The notes under the pieces were generated by a model. It was given only the letters and a program-made list of their open reading frames with translations. It was not told the origin of the DNA and made no database searches. Below are positions 52,936-64,000 of a DNA stretch of 64,000 bases, piece by piece. This DNA comes from Eledone cirrhosa. Taxonomy: Eukaryota. The translations under genes and the position numbers were made by a program. Each line of letters opens with the position of its first letter. Position 1 is the first letter of the stretch. Location of the stretch: positions 682,001 to 746,000 of the forward strand of contig OZ024756.1 of the NCBI GenBank assembly GCA_964016885.1. Reading direction: 5' to 3'.

Positions 52936-53465
52936 CCACTACTGCCATTACCTCCATCATTACCACTACCACCACCACCACCACCACCATCACTACAGTC
53001 ACCACAACTACCACCATTTTACCACTACCACTACCACCACCACCACTACAGCCACCACCACCACCACAACTACCACCACTTTACCACTACCACCACCACC
53101 ATCACCACTATAGCCACCACCACCACCACCACAACTACCACCGCCACCATCACTACTACCACCACCACCACCACCACCACTACCACCACCATCACTACCA
53201 CCACCACCACCACCACAACTACCACCACCACCACCACCACCACCACTACAGCCACGACGACCACCACCACCATCACCACCACCGCCACCATCACTACCAC
53301 CACCACCACCACCACCACCACTACCACCACCACAACTACTACCACCACCACCACTACAGCCACGATGACCCCCCTCCCTACCACCACCACCACCATCACT
53401 ATCACCACCGCTACAGCCACCACCACCACTACAACTACTACCACCACAACAACTACCACCACTAT
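52936..53465 (+). repeat. (CCA/CTA)n low-complexity tract
   Basis: Direct reading of the sequence. Confidence 0.9.
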
Positions 53466-55098
53466 TAAGCCACGTGTTTTTACGACGTTTGTATACACAC
53501 ACACACATAGTACACATAGACACACACACACAGACAGACACACAACATCGACACACACACACAACATCGACACCCACAGACACACAACATCGACACACAC
53601 ACACACACTGACACACACGTATACAGGCGTATCTGTATGAAACGCTAGGACAAGTCTAAGGGAGATAATTCTATCATATTATGTGTTAACAAACCTGACA
53701 ACGAGAAAATATACGAGAAAATACAAAATAGAATTAAATAAGGTATTGACGTATACGCCTGGGTCTCGAACCCTAAGCCGCTTATTAACCCCCAACACTT
53801 ATTTTCCTCTCCCCCTCTTATTCCCCACCTTCTTACCTCCCCTCACCCCCGCTTATTAATTTTTGCTAATCTATCACCGGCGAAATTTTATTTTAAGTAG
53901 TAGCTTCCTGCGACAATTAATTTTCTTTACACATTTAAAAAAACATTATACATGACAAAGTACATTACTAGAAATAGCATAGGTTATAAAATAATTGGTT
54001 GGGGTCTCAATGTGTAAACTAAACGTCTAATTCTGGGTTTTATAATAAATCAAGGGAGACAACTAGAAAAATTACCGATTCCCCCCCTCCTATTATTTGG
54101 GACCGGAGAGTATGTTGGAATGGATTTGCGTCAGTTTCGACGATGACTCCTCCACAACGACGGAATTACCTTCTCATAAAGTTAACATGTAAATGGCTCA
54201 GCATTCCACAGACACGTGTACCCATAAGGTAATTCTCAGGGAGAATCAACACGACACAGTGTGTATGACAAGGTCGAACCATTGAATTACAGGTAGAGTC
54301 AATTTAACTGGCTTCTAAACCAGTTTCCAAGAAATAGGTTTGACCCTTCCTCTTCTTCTTCTTCTTCTTCTTCTTCTTCTTCTTCTACCGCATATTCCTG
54401 AGAGGATCGTGGAGACAGACCTCAAACACGGCGTTATAGAGAGTGAGATACAATTAAATAGATATTCAGAGAGAGAGAGAGAGAGAGAGGGGAGAGGGAG
54501 AGAGAGAGAGACGTCCCACATATGTATCAGTTGAAGGTTTAACAATATTGCGTTCGCTTTTATAAAGTCGTTTTACATTCTTTGATTTTACAGAACAAAG
54601 AAAAAGTGATACTATTTAAAATTAACCTACCCTCCAGCTTTTATCCATATACTACTTACAGTCCGTAATAACGAAGCAACACTTCAGAAGCAATGTTATG
54701 AGGTATATTGCTGTGTTTCAGATGACGTCCTTTACAACTGAAAAAGATCATACTGACTATGGTTATTTTACAACATTTAAAATCCAAGGCCAATCCTACC
54801 ATTTAATCGACAGTTTATTCCCCCAGCCTAATAAAGAAGTTTTATGATTGTTTTTTATGCACCCCCCCTCTCTCTCTCTCACGCACACACACATTACAGT
54901 CTCACCTCATACCAAACGACACATCCAATACAGTCGTTTTCTCTGTTCTCCCGGGCGAAGTCGGGTACCTCAGCTAGTATGTGTATATATCAGATATATA
55001 TGTCATATGTGTATATATCATATATATATATGTATGTCATATGTTTATATATCATATATGTCATATGTGTATATATTATATATATGTCATATATGTAT

Positions 55099-55147
<49 letters not shown>

Positions 55148-55320
55148 AAAAAGTTTAACCCCGACGGCAGAGCTCAAGCCGTTTCGACAGAAATAGCCGT
55201 CGAAACGGCTTGAGCTCTGCCGTCGGGGTTAAACTTTTTCCTATTACCCACTCTACTACCCTAAATATTGAGTACTCTGGTGCGTTATAGTCCACCTGGT
55301 TCCTTACCACACCTCCTTCG

Positions 55321-55355
<35 letters not shown>

Positions 55356-55912
55356 TAAAAGCTAAACAAGGTTCAATGAATACATCAAGGAATGAGTTTT
55401 ACAATAGATTGGAAGCACTCAACTGTTAAAGGGTTTCCAGAGTTATTAATATTAATTCATGACCATGATGTAGTCATGGTGGTGGTGGTGGTGTGATGTC
55501 GGTGGTGGTGGGGTGATATCGGTGGTGGTGGTGATGGTGATGTGATGGTGATGGTGATGTGGTCATGATGGTTTTAGTTTGGGTGTTGGGTGGTGGTGGT
55601 GGTGGTGATGGTGATGTCGTCAGGATGGTGGTGTGATGATATCATGATGGTGATGGTCGACGTCGTCACCCGTCGCCATCATGATGACTGGAACATGGGG
55701 GTGGGTGGTGGTGGTGGTGAAAATCAACAACAAACAAACAATAAGTTTAAGAGGGTGGTGGTAGTGGTGACGGGGTGGGGTGGGACACACACACACCGAA
55801 GGTATTTCCTCGTTCTTTTAATAACCAACCAATAGTCTAGTGACACGTCATCAGTTGTTTCAATTCTCTCATCCTAATGTTACACAACACGGAGTTTCCT
55901 TTCAATCACAAA

Positions 55913-55978
55913 ATGGCTTCCACCGGTGTTAGTGTCTCCAGCCGTAAAGTCGCTCTAATAACTGGTATCACAGGACAG
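55913..55978 (+). CDS. GMDS: GDP-mannose 4,6-dehydratase, first coding exon
   Basis: acaaaATG start; MASTGVSVSSRKVALITGITGQ followed by CAG|gtaaat. KVALITGITGQ(DGSY) is the GMDS Rossmann motif. No later exon was found in the window. Confidence 0.88.
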
Positions 55979-56170
55979 GTAAATCTGATTACAATTTATT
56001 TATGTCTTTTTCTTCTTCTTCATACTTTCTTCTCTATATAAGGCTCTCTCTCTCTCTCTTTTTTACCTTACCTTCGTATCTGTCTGGGTTCGTTTAAATA
56101 TGTATTTTAATAGTCAGGTTTCTCGCGATCTTATTCGGCCGGTGTAATATGTTTGTGTGTATATGTATGT

Positions 56171-56201
<31 letters not shown>

Positions 56202-56232
56202 CACACATTCAGATTTTAGGTTTATAAACGTG

Positions 56233-56285
<53 letters not shown>

Positions 56286-56370
56286 TATCCAGAACGTATA
56301 TGTTTATGTGTGTATATATATATATATATATAGATGTATGTACATATAGATGTATATATATTTATATATA

Positions 56371-56800
56371 TATTAATTCAAAATATTAACAAAAATAGAC
56401 CTTCGTGTGATCAAGTATATTTTATTATACATATTTCAGACGTACTGAGCTATCTTCAACAGTACGTCCTCATCAGATAAAATAAGATGATGCATGACAT
56501 ACCCTGACTTAGTAGATGGTTAAGATTCAGTCATGACTACCATGACTGAATCTTAACCATCTACTAAGTCAGGGTATGTCATGCATCATCTTATTTTATC
56601 TGATGAGGACGTACTGTTGAAGATAGCTCAGTACGTCTGAAATATGTATAATAAAATATACTTGATCACACGAAGGTCTATTTTTGTTAATATTTTGAAT
56701 TAATATTAATAACTCCGGAAAACCAATTTGTTGAGTGCTTCCAATCTATTGTAAAACTCATTCTTTGATTTATTCATTGAACCTTGTTTAACCTTTAAAT
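56371..56800 (+). mobile_element. HHR element family D with 165-bp perfect inverted arms
   Basis: Arms 56371-56535 / 56541-56705, loop actac; a tail fragment also occurs at 55355-55458 (-). Confidence 0.88.
56592..56658 (+). ncRNA. Type I hammerhead ribozyme
   Basis: TATTTTAT-CTGATGA-GGACGTACTG-ttgaagatagct-CAGTACGTCT-GAAA-tatgt-ATA-ATAAAATA. Confidence 0.82.
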
Positions 56801-57330
56801 ATTTATATATATATATATATATAGACGTGTGTGTATATATATAGATGTGTGTATATTTATATATATATATATAGATGTGTGTATATTTATATATATATAT
56901 ATATAGATGTGTGTATCTATATATGTGTGTGTGTGTGTATATGTATATATATATATATATATGCATGTGTATATTTATATAGATATGTGTCTATATGTGT
57001 GTGTATATGTATGTATATTTATATATATATAGATGGCTGTATGTATATATATATATATATAGATGGGTGTGTATATGTATGTATATTTATATATATATAA
57101 ATAGGTATGTGTGTATATGTATATATAATGACAAGACTGTATATAGAACCCGTGGCACCATCCATTTTGCAATCATGATTCCTTCTATTATTGTTTCGTA
57201 AAAAAACAACACATGACAGAACAAGCACTTGCTTAACGAAACCTTGTTTGTTTCTATGTAATGGATGTATGTATATAGACATACCCGTGCGCGCGCTTGC
57301 GAGTATATATATATATATTAATATATATAT

Positions 57331-57565
57331 ATATAATTGAATATAAAAGAAAAACAAACACAGATATATACATATATGTGTTCAAAACGTAAGGGACCAG
57401 ATTCACCTTAGCGAATCTGGTCCCTTACAATTTGAACACATATATGTATATATCTGTTTGTTTTTCTTTTATATTCAATTATAATATACGGCTCGGAAAA
57501 ATCCCTTTCCTAGAGCTATTTTATTGTAAGAGACTATTTTGAGTTTCTAACTCAAAATATACCTT

Positions 57566-57570
<5 letters not shown>
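57331..57570 (+). mobile_element. Fold-back element with family K-like tail
   Basis: Inverted repeat ~57331-57403 / 57412-57485; tail acggctc.gaaa...gagctatttt..tgtaa resembles 22307-22360. Confidence 0.65.
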
Positions 57571-57600
<30 letters not shown>

Positions 57601-57734
57601 ATTTCTAATTATATATATATATATTTAATTTCTAATTATATATATATATATATATATATAATTAGAAATTAATTAAATAGCTTTGTTCTATAGATAGAGC
57701 ACTCTTTTTTGCTTTGCTTTCGGAATTACCTAAA

Positions 57735-57768
<34 letters not shown>

Positions 57769-59952
57769 CTGTTGTTTTGAATACATACGCAGCATGTATT
57801 ATGCTTGCAATAGACGTACATACACGTAGACAGGGGTGTTCCTTGGTAAATTGTTCTCCGTTGAAACTGAGCCACGTTGCATGTTGCTTCATAATTCAAT
57901 CGACTCCATCACACTTTATGGACATTCTAATATTTTCAACATTTTCGCATTTTATATATCTTTTAGACATTTAGACATTTTAATATTTTATTTCAAATAA
58001 CATCCTCCACTCCACTACTGCTAACATCACCGTCATTACTGAAGCAAGACCGTGTTAGATAATATAGTCATAGCTACTACACTAATATATATATATATAT
58101 ATATATATGCGTGTGTGTGTATGAATATATAAACGAGATGAAAATGTATGTATATATAAACGAGATGAAAAGAAGAAAAAAAAAGACGAGATGGTCGCGG
58201 GTGGAACATGTTTGATAAATAGGTCTGTTCATTAGTTAAACATTTATTATCGAAACGGCAAGAGCTTAACCGTAGAGAGCAGAGAACCCTTATAGTATAT
58301 ATATATATTATATATTATATATATAATGTGTGTGTAATCACAAAACATTCCATCACATTTCGCTAGCGAAGATAGCAAAAGTAAGGCTGTTGTTTCGCCC
58401 CGTATGAGCCCCTCACAAAACAAGTCCTTTAATCACATGCCTTCCAGCCATGACCATTCCGTATACCCCTCCCCCCATCAGAGACAAAATGAAAATACCA
58501 TAATTTAATAGAATTTTAGGTCGGTGCCGTGTTTCTCTTTCCAGATCACCGGTTCTAGTACCAACCTTGTTAATAGCCTTTAACTTCCATGACACACAGA
58601 TCAATCGATAAAACTCATACCAGTGATATACGTGGTTCTATTTAACTAAATACCGGCTCATATAGTTACAGGCATTAGCTTTAAGATTAATGAGAAACGA
58701 AAAACAAAATTATTTAACAATTCATTGTGTGATGTGGTATAAATTTATCGATGATACGAATCAATCCTGTAAATTCCCCCTTCGATATTTAATCGGAATA
58801 TCTTCACGAATGAATGAACATCACAACTTCCCACGTTTCTGCAGATATAAATATCAATCTTCATTCCTAAGTCTAACATTCCATCTCTGCTTTCTTTAAA
58901 CGTTTAAAGGGTTCACCCCCCCCCCCCCCTCCACAAAACAACAAACGATGTTTATTTCACTTGATCAACCTCCTCCGCCAGCCAGATTTATGGGCGCCCC
59001 TTTTTCCTTATTATCCCGTATTTCAAATTAAAAATTAAAATAAACACTAACCCCCAACAACAGTCCTATACCTAACACCTGACCCATATCTAAGCCTTAA
59101 CTCCAACAATCCCATCTCTAAGCCTTAACCTCTAACCCTAACGTCTATATTTATTTTAATGTGAAATGCCAGGTAATAACGAAGAAACTCAGATTTAAGC
59201 TAAAACTATTCAACGTGTCTCCTGTCATGGATGGATTGTCCGTTGGCTTTTCTGAATGACACACCCTAATTTCAAATCTTGAATTTCTTTTGAGCAGTAG
59301 GGCTCGCCTAATGAGGAACCACATCTACTACGGTCTACTGCTAGAAAATGTTGCTCACACCTGTAATGGTGTGTGATTTGAGGAAGATTTGGCTGCTATT
59401 TCTAGCAAGTTACCACCCAGGTACTCTCTTATTAACAGTTGGTCTATGATGTACTTTCACACATATCATGGAATTTCAAATATTTTTCCGCACTAATAGT
59501 TTGGACACTCCCCCCACCTCTCCGCCAAATATGTGTTCATCAAAGAGAAAAACTATTACTCACTGCCACCACCACCACCACATCATATATACACTACCAC
59601 CACCACCATCACCACCACATCATATATACCATTACCACCACCACATCATATATACATCACCACCACACACATCATATATACACCACCACCACTACCACAT
59701 CATATACCCCCCCCCCCCCCAACCGACACTAGTTTACTTTAAACAAATTGTTTTTATGTTCATGCCCTGACTCTGACGTGGACAAGGTGTGTATGTGTCT
59801 AACAACTGACTCTACTTACCCATATCCCCCTTTCTCCCCTTCACAGCCACCAACATATGAAATCTTAAGACACTCCTATTGACCTGTATTATAGATTGAA
59901 GTGTTTCTACCTATACACACACACACGCACACACACACACATATATATACAC

Positions 59953-59954
<2 letters not shown>

Positions 59955-59983
<29 letters not shown>

Positions 59984-60438
59984 AATTATTGTGTACAGTG
60001 CTCAGGTGCACTACAACTCATCAAAGGTGCATGTATAGTACATAGAATAATTGTTTCTGCTTTTGGCACAAGGCCAGCAATTATCCAGTGCATTACTGGT
60101 ACTTTATTTTATCGACCCCGTATGGATGAAAGGCAAAGTTAACCTCGGCGGGATTTGAACTCAAACCATAAAGGGGCGTAACTCTTTGCTGCAAAGCATA
60201 GCGTCAGACCCTCTACCGATACTGCCAATCCACCGTACATAGAATAATGTACAAATGTCAGGAAAATGAACAGTGTACGAGTCATGATACACACGTGTGC
60301 ATGTGCATGGAAGGGGCACATCAGGTGCAGCCTTGGTGCACCTCGGGAAGCATGAGTGTCTTAAAGGATGCAGTGTCTCGGCAGCTAACAATTGACGCAG
60401 GCAGTTTGTTCCATGCTTCAGCAACTCTGAGCGTGAAA
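59955..60438 (-). mobile_element. CR1-like LINE 3' end interrupted by SINE S1 (60052-60234)
   Basis: FTLRVAEAWNKLPASIVSCRDTASFK with an (ATT)n tail; SINE target-site duplication gtacatagaataat (60038-60051 / 60235-60248). Confidence 0.8.
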
Positions 60439-60657
60439 GTCTACGAAAGTCATGGGAGCTGTGCTTTCATATACATACATAGTTTATACACACATACATA
60501 CACATACTTTCCTATACATACATAGTTTATACACCCATACATACACATACTTTCATATACATACATAGTTTATACACACATACATACACATACTTTCATA
60601 TACATACATACATGAAATCACATACAAATAATGTTAAATTGATATTCTAAAACTTTA

Positions 60658-60704
<47 letters not shown>

Positions 60705-60705
<1 letters not shown>

Positions 60706-61085
60706 ATATTGACAAATGGAAACTATATTTATAAAACCATATTTATTTCATTATACATATTTCAAGGTAAACTATGGTGCGCTTTCATCAGATAAAATAT
60801 AATTGTTTCTACAATAGGCACAAGGCCAGCAATTATCCCAGTGTATTACTGGTACTTTATTTTATCGACCCCCGTTAAGATGAAAGGCAAAGTTAACCTC
60901 GACGGGATTTGAACTGAGAATGGCAAGAGCCGTAACTCTATGCGTCAAAGCATGGCGTCCGATCCTCTACCGATACTTCCAATTCACCAATATAATATAG
61001 GTTAGTTTTATAAATAAATATTGACATACCCTTAAAAAATACAACCATTCTGGTTGTATCCTAACAAATTAAATATAACCTCTAC
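60705..61085 (-). mobile_element. Family E HHR element interrupted by SINE S1 (~60804-60988)
   Basis: tcatcag at 60785-60791; target-site duplication aatataat on both sides of the SINE. Confidence 0.75.
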
Positions 61086-61261
61086 ATACATATATATATA
61101 TATATATAAGCAAAAGGGATATTCAATTTGTTGGTAATTCAACAAATATAAATGTTTATAACTGATTCAGAGCACTCAACAAGTTTTCTGGAGTATAATA
61201 TTCAAGTTTTTCTTGGATAGACTATCCAAGAAAAATTTGAATTGTTAATGGGGGGAGCAGG

Positions 61262-61476
61262 GTACATTACATGGAGACCAGGTGGGAAGTTAGGCTACAA
61301 GTATACTTAGCTAGAAGGGAAACAGAGGATAAAAAATTCAAGCATGTTTTGCAGCGTAAGGACCAGAAACAGGAGGTGTTCAGGATTGTGAGGCAGTGTG
61401 TTAGTGAAAATTGTGATGTCATTGGAGAGAAGGTGCACTTTCTCTCACGAGTGCCGAGAAGGAAGCTGCATGGAAG
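61262..61476 (+). mobile_element. RTE-like LINE internal fragment
   Basis: RLQVYLARRETEDKKF...EVFRIVRQCVSENCDVIGEK resembles the APE-RT linker of RTE elements. Confidence 0.5.
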
Positions 61477-61790
61477 ATATGCTCCAAGATTCCAATGAAT
61501 AGATCCGAGCATTTTATATCAACTAGAAATTGATTGACATATAAATATATCTAAAATAAACATATGAAATATATTTCTTTAATGGAAGGTTAATCAATTT
61601 ATAAGGTATCTATTTTTGAAGTTCTAGTTAAACTTTATTTAGTTACCTACATAGCTATGTGTGCTTACACACTTTTACAAATTATCCCCTGTGATTGTTT
61701 TATATGTTTATTTTAGATATATTTATATGTTAATCAATTTCTAGTTGATATAAAATGGTCGGATCTATTCATTGGAATCTTGGAGCATAT
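61477..61790. repeat. ~89-bp inverted repeat with ~135-bp spacer
   Basis: 61477-61565 / 61702-61790. Confidence 0.85.
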
Positions 61791-61894
61791 TTTACAGGTG
61801 ATATGGCGCATGTCTATCTGACATGACACCCCTAATTTAACTTAATTTTGGATATATATATAGAGTCCATAACACCAATCAAACCCCTTTTATA

Positions 61895-61941
61895 GCTCTG
61901 ATGAATCCTACGGTTACACGTAAGGAAGAAACATTGTTAGC
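61895..61941 (+). ncRNA. Hammerhead ribozyme
   Basis: GCT-CTGATGA-a-TCCT-ACG-gttaca-CGT-a-AGGA-a-GAAAC-att-GTT-AGC. Confidence 0.68.
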
Positions 61942-62409
61942 CAATAAAAATCTTTTGATGTTGTAGACGCTCTTGTGTTCTTTTTCATATATATATATAT
62001 ATATATATATCATCATCATCACCGTTTTACGTCCGTTCTTCCACGCTAGCATGGGTTAGACGGGTTGTCCTGTTGTGGGCAGTGTCTGGTCGGCTGACCA
62101 TGCCTTGCTCATACAGGAACTGATCTGGCTTGATTTCTACAGCTGGATGCCCTTCCTAACACCAACCTCGTTTACAGTGAGTGTTGGGTGCTTTTTCGTG
62201 GCGCCTACACGTCCACTTTACAGTGTGGGCTGGGTGCTTTTTTTGCCGTGGCACCTCCACGACCACCTTGCGGTGGGGGGAGTGGGGGCATATTGTTTAT
62301 ATGCTTCAGCATGTACCCATGGGAGGTCGGGTTATTGTTTAGTATCTGTTTCCCTGATAGCAAGGGTTGAGTCAGTTTTCACTGACTGAATCATTACTCA
62401 AGCAAGGCT

Positions 62410-63220
62410 ACTGACCTCAAAGACTGGCTGGATGTCCACATCTTGAGCTCAATGACAGGCTAGGTGTCCACATCTTGACCTCCCAGACTGGCTGGATGTC
62501 CACATCTTGACCTCAATGACAGGCTGAGTGTCCACATCTTGACCTTCCAGACTGGCTAGGTGTCTACATCTTGACCTTCCAGACTGGCTGGTGGTCTCCA
62601 CATCTTGACCTCAAAGACAGGCCAGTGTGTCCACATCTTGATCTCATATGGTCCCATGCTCTACCAAGTTCATTTTATCATGACACAAGCACTAGAGAGG
62701 TTGTCATGTCTTTGACACAACTGAAGGGTCCTCTTGAAACGTCCCACATATAACCTCTGCTAAACAGGACAGCTTTGTGTGGTTTGATCTGTAGGCTATG
62801 TTACTGTCACATCTAGTGGTGGGCTTCTGCAAGACACCTTCTACCATATGTACACTCTTACAGACATTGACACTGAGACGTAGAGGTTTCTGTTGTAACT
62901 GTGGAGTAGAGGTTTCTGTTGTAACTGTGGAGTAGAGGTTTCTGTTGTAACTGTGGAGTAGAGGTTTCTGTTGTAACTGTGGAGTGAGAGAATATGTGGG
63001 TCTGAGGCTAGAGTGTGTTAGCCAAACAATTTCATGATGTCAGATGGCTCATCATAAGGTGCCACATGAGATATGGCTCATAAGGTGCCTCATGAGATAT
63101 AGCTCATAAGGTGCCACATGAGATATAGCTCATTAGGTGCCACATGAGATATGGCTCATAAGGTGCTACATGATATATAGCTCATTAGGTGCCACATGAG
63201 ATATGGTTCACCATAAGGTG
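62410..63220 (+). repeat. Three adjacent minisatellites (~30 bp, 26 bp, 26 bp)
   Basis: gtccacatcttgacc.. (62410-62642); gtagaggtttctgttgtaactgtgga x4 (62880-62985); atggctcataaggtgccacatgagat (63045-63220). Confidence 0.88.
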
Positions 63221-63589
63221 AGTTGTACTACTAAAAAATGTCATGGTAATTTTTTCTTCATCATGCCATTCAGAAAGCGAAAGGACCAGAGGTTGCCCAT
63301 AGTTACTTTAGAATCTCACTTATTGCCAGGTTTTTAAAAAAAAAAATAAGTTACATATTGTACAGAGCTAGTATAATAGAATATATGACTCCAGCTATTA
63401 TAGGTTTGTAAATTCTCAGTTGTAATGTATGGTCCCGTAACTCTTGAGGGAGTCGTAGAGGGCACCATATTGACACGGCATTTCTAGGGCATTTTTTAAC
63501 CTGGCAGAGCCCATCCCCACTCCAGGTCTGAATACAGCAGATTTTTTTTTAGAGAAAAAGAGAGGAAGTGAGAAAGAGATATGGAGGAA

Positions 63590-63740
63590 GAATCGACCCC
63601 AGTACTTGACTGGTACTTTTTTATCGACCTTGAATGGATGAAAGGTAAAGTTGACCTTGGCAGGATTTGAACTCAGAGAGCAGAGAGCTGGAATGAATAC
63701 CACAAAGTACTCTATCGGACGTTCTAACCACTCTACCATT
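63590..63740 (-). mobile_element. Diverged SINE S1
   Basis: ctggtactttt..atcgacc..ggatgaaagg..aagttgacc..ggatttgaactcag. Confidence 0.75.
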
Positions 63741-64000
63741 CTATCTGATGTTCTAACCACTCTACCATTCTATCTGATGTTCTAACCACTCTGCCATTCT
63801 ATCTGATGTTCTAATGACTCTGCCATTCTATCTGATGTTCTAACCACTCTACCATTCTATCTGATGTTCTAACCACTCTGCCATTCTATCTGATGTTCTA
63901 ATGACTCTGCCATTTTATCTGATGTTCTAACCACTCTACCATTCTATCTGATGTTCTAACCACTCTGCCATTCTATCTGATGTTCTAACCACTCTACCAT
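63721..64000. repeat. 29-bp minisatellite derived from the SINE head
   Basis: Unit gttctaaccactctaccattctatctgat, at least 9 copies, running to the window end. Confidence 0.9.

Noticed and set aside
63040-63070. GMDS exon 2 (gatggctca = DGS)
   Set aside because: It does not continue as YLAEFLL and is the start of a 26-bp minisatellite.

Overview
This is eukaryotic, AT-rich, microsatellite-saturated genomic DNA. The SINE, RTE and Penelope repertoire looks like an octopod cephalopod (inference). Nearly all ORFs in the supplied track are microsatellite artefacts. Real host coding sequence is sparse: exon 1 of GDP-mannose 4,6-dehydratase (55913-55978, +), a SAM-domain exon (15828-16046, -) and a few tentative minus-strand exons. 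Mobile DNA includes two 5'-truncated Penelope-like elements (PLEs; RT/GIY-YIG), RTE, CR1-like, Tx1/L1-like and CRE-like LINE remnants, a pogo-like and a Tc1-like transposon, MITEs and many tRNA-derived SINEs. The most striking signal is a dense set of hammerhead-ribozyme (HHR) motifs found by eye: about 25-30 copies from roughly 15 unrelated short non-coding families. They lie inside (TA)n tracts, and most form fold-back inverted repeats or ~470-530 bp partial tandems. This looks like a PLE-mobilised, retrozyme-like system. The clearest case is a 469-bp HHR monomer inserted, with a 12-bp target-site duplication, into the 3' UTR of a PLE. All folds were read manually and none was computed or tested.
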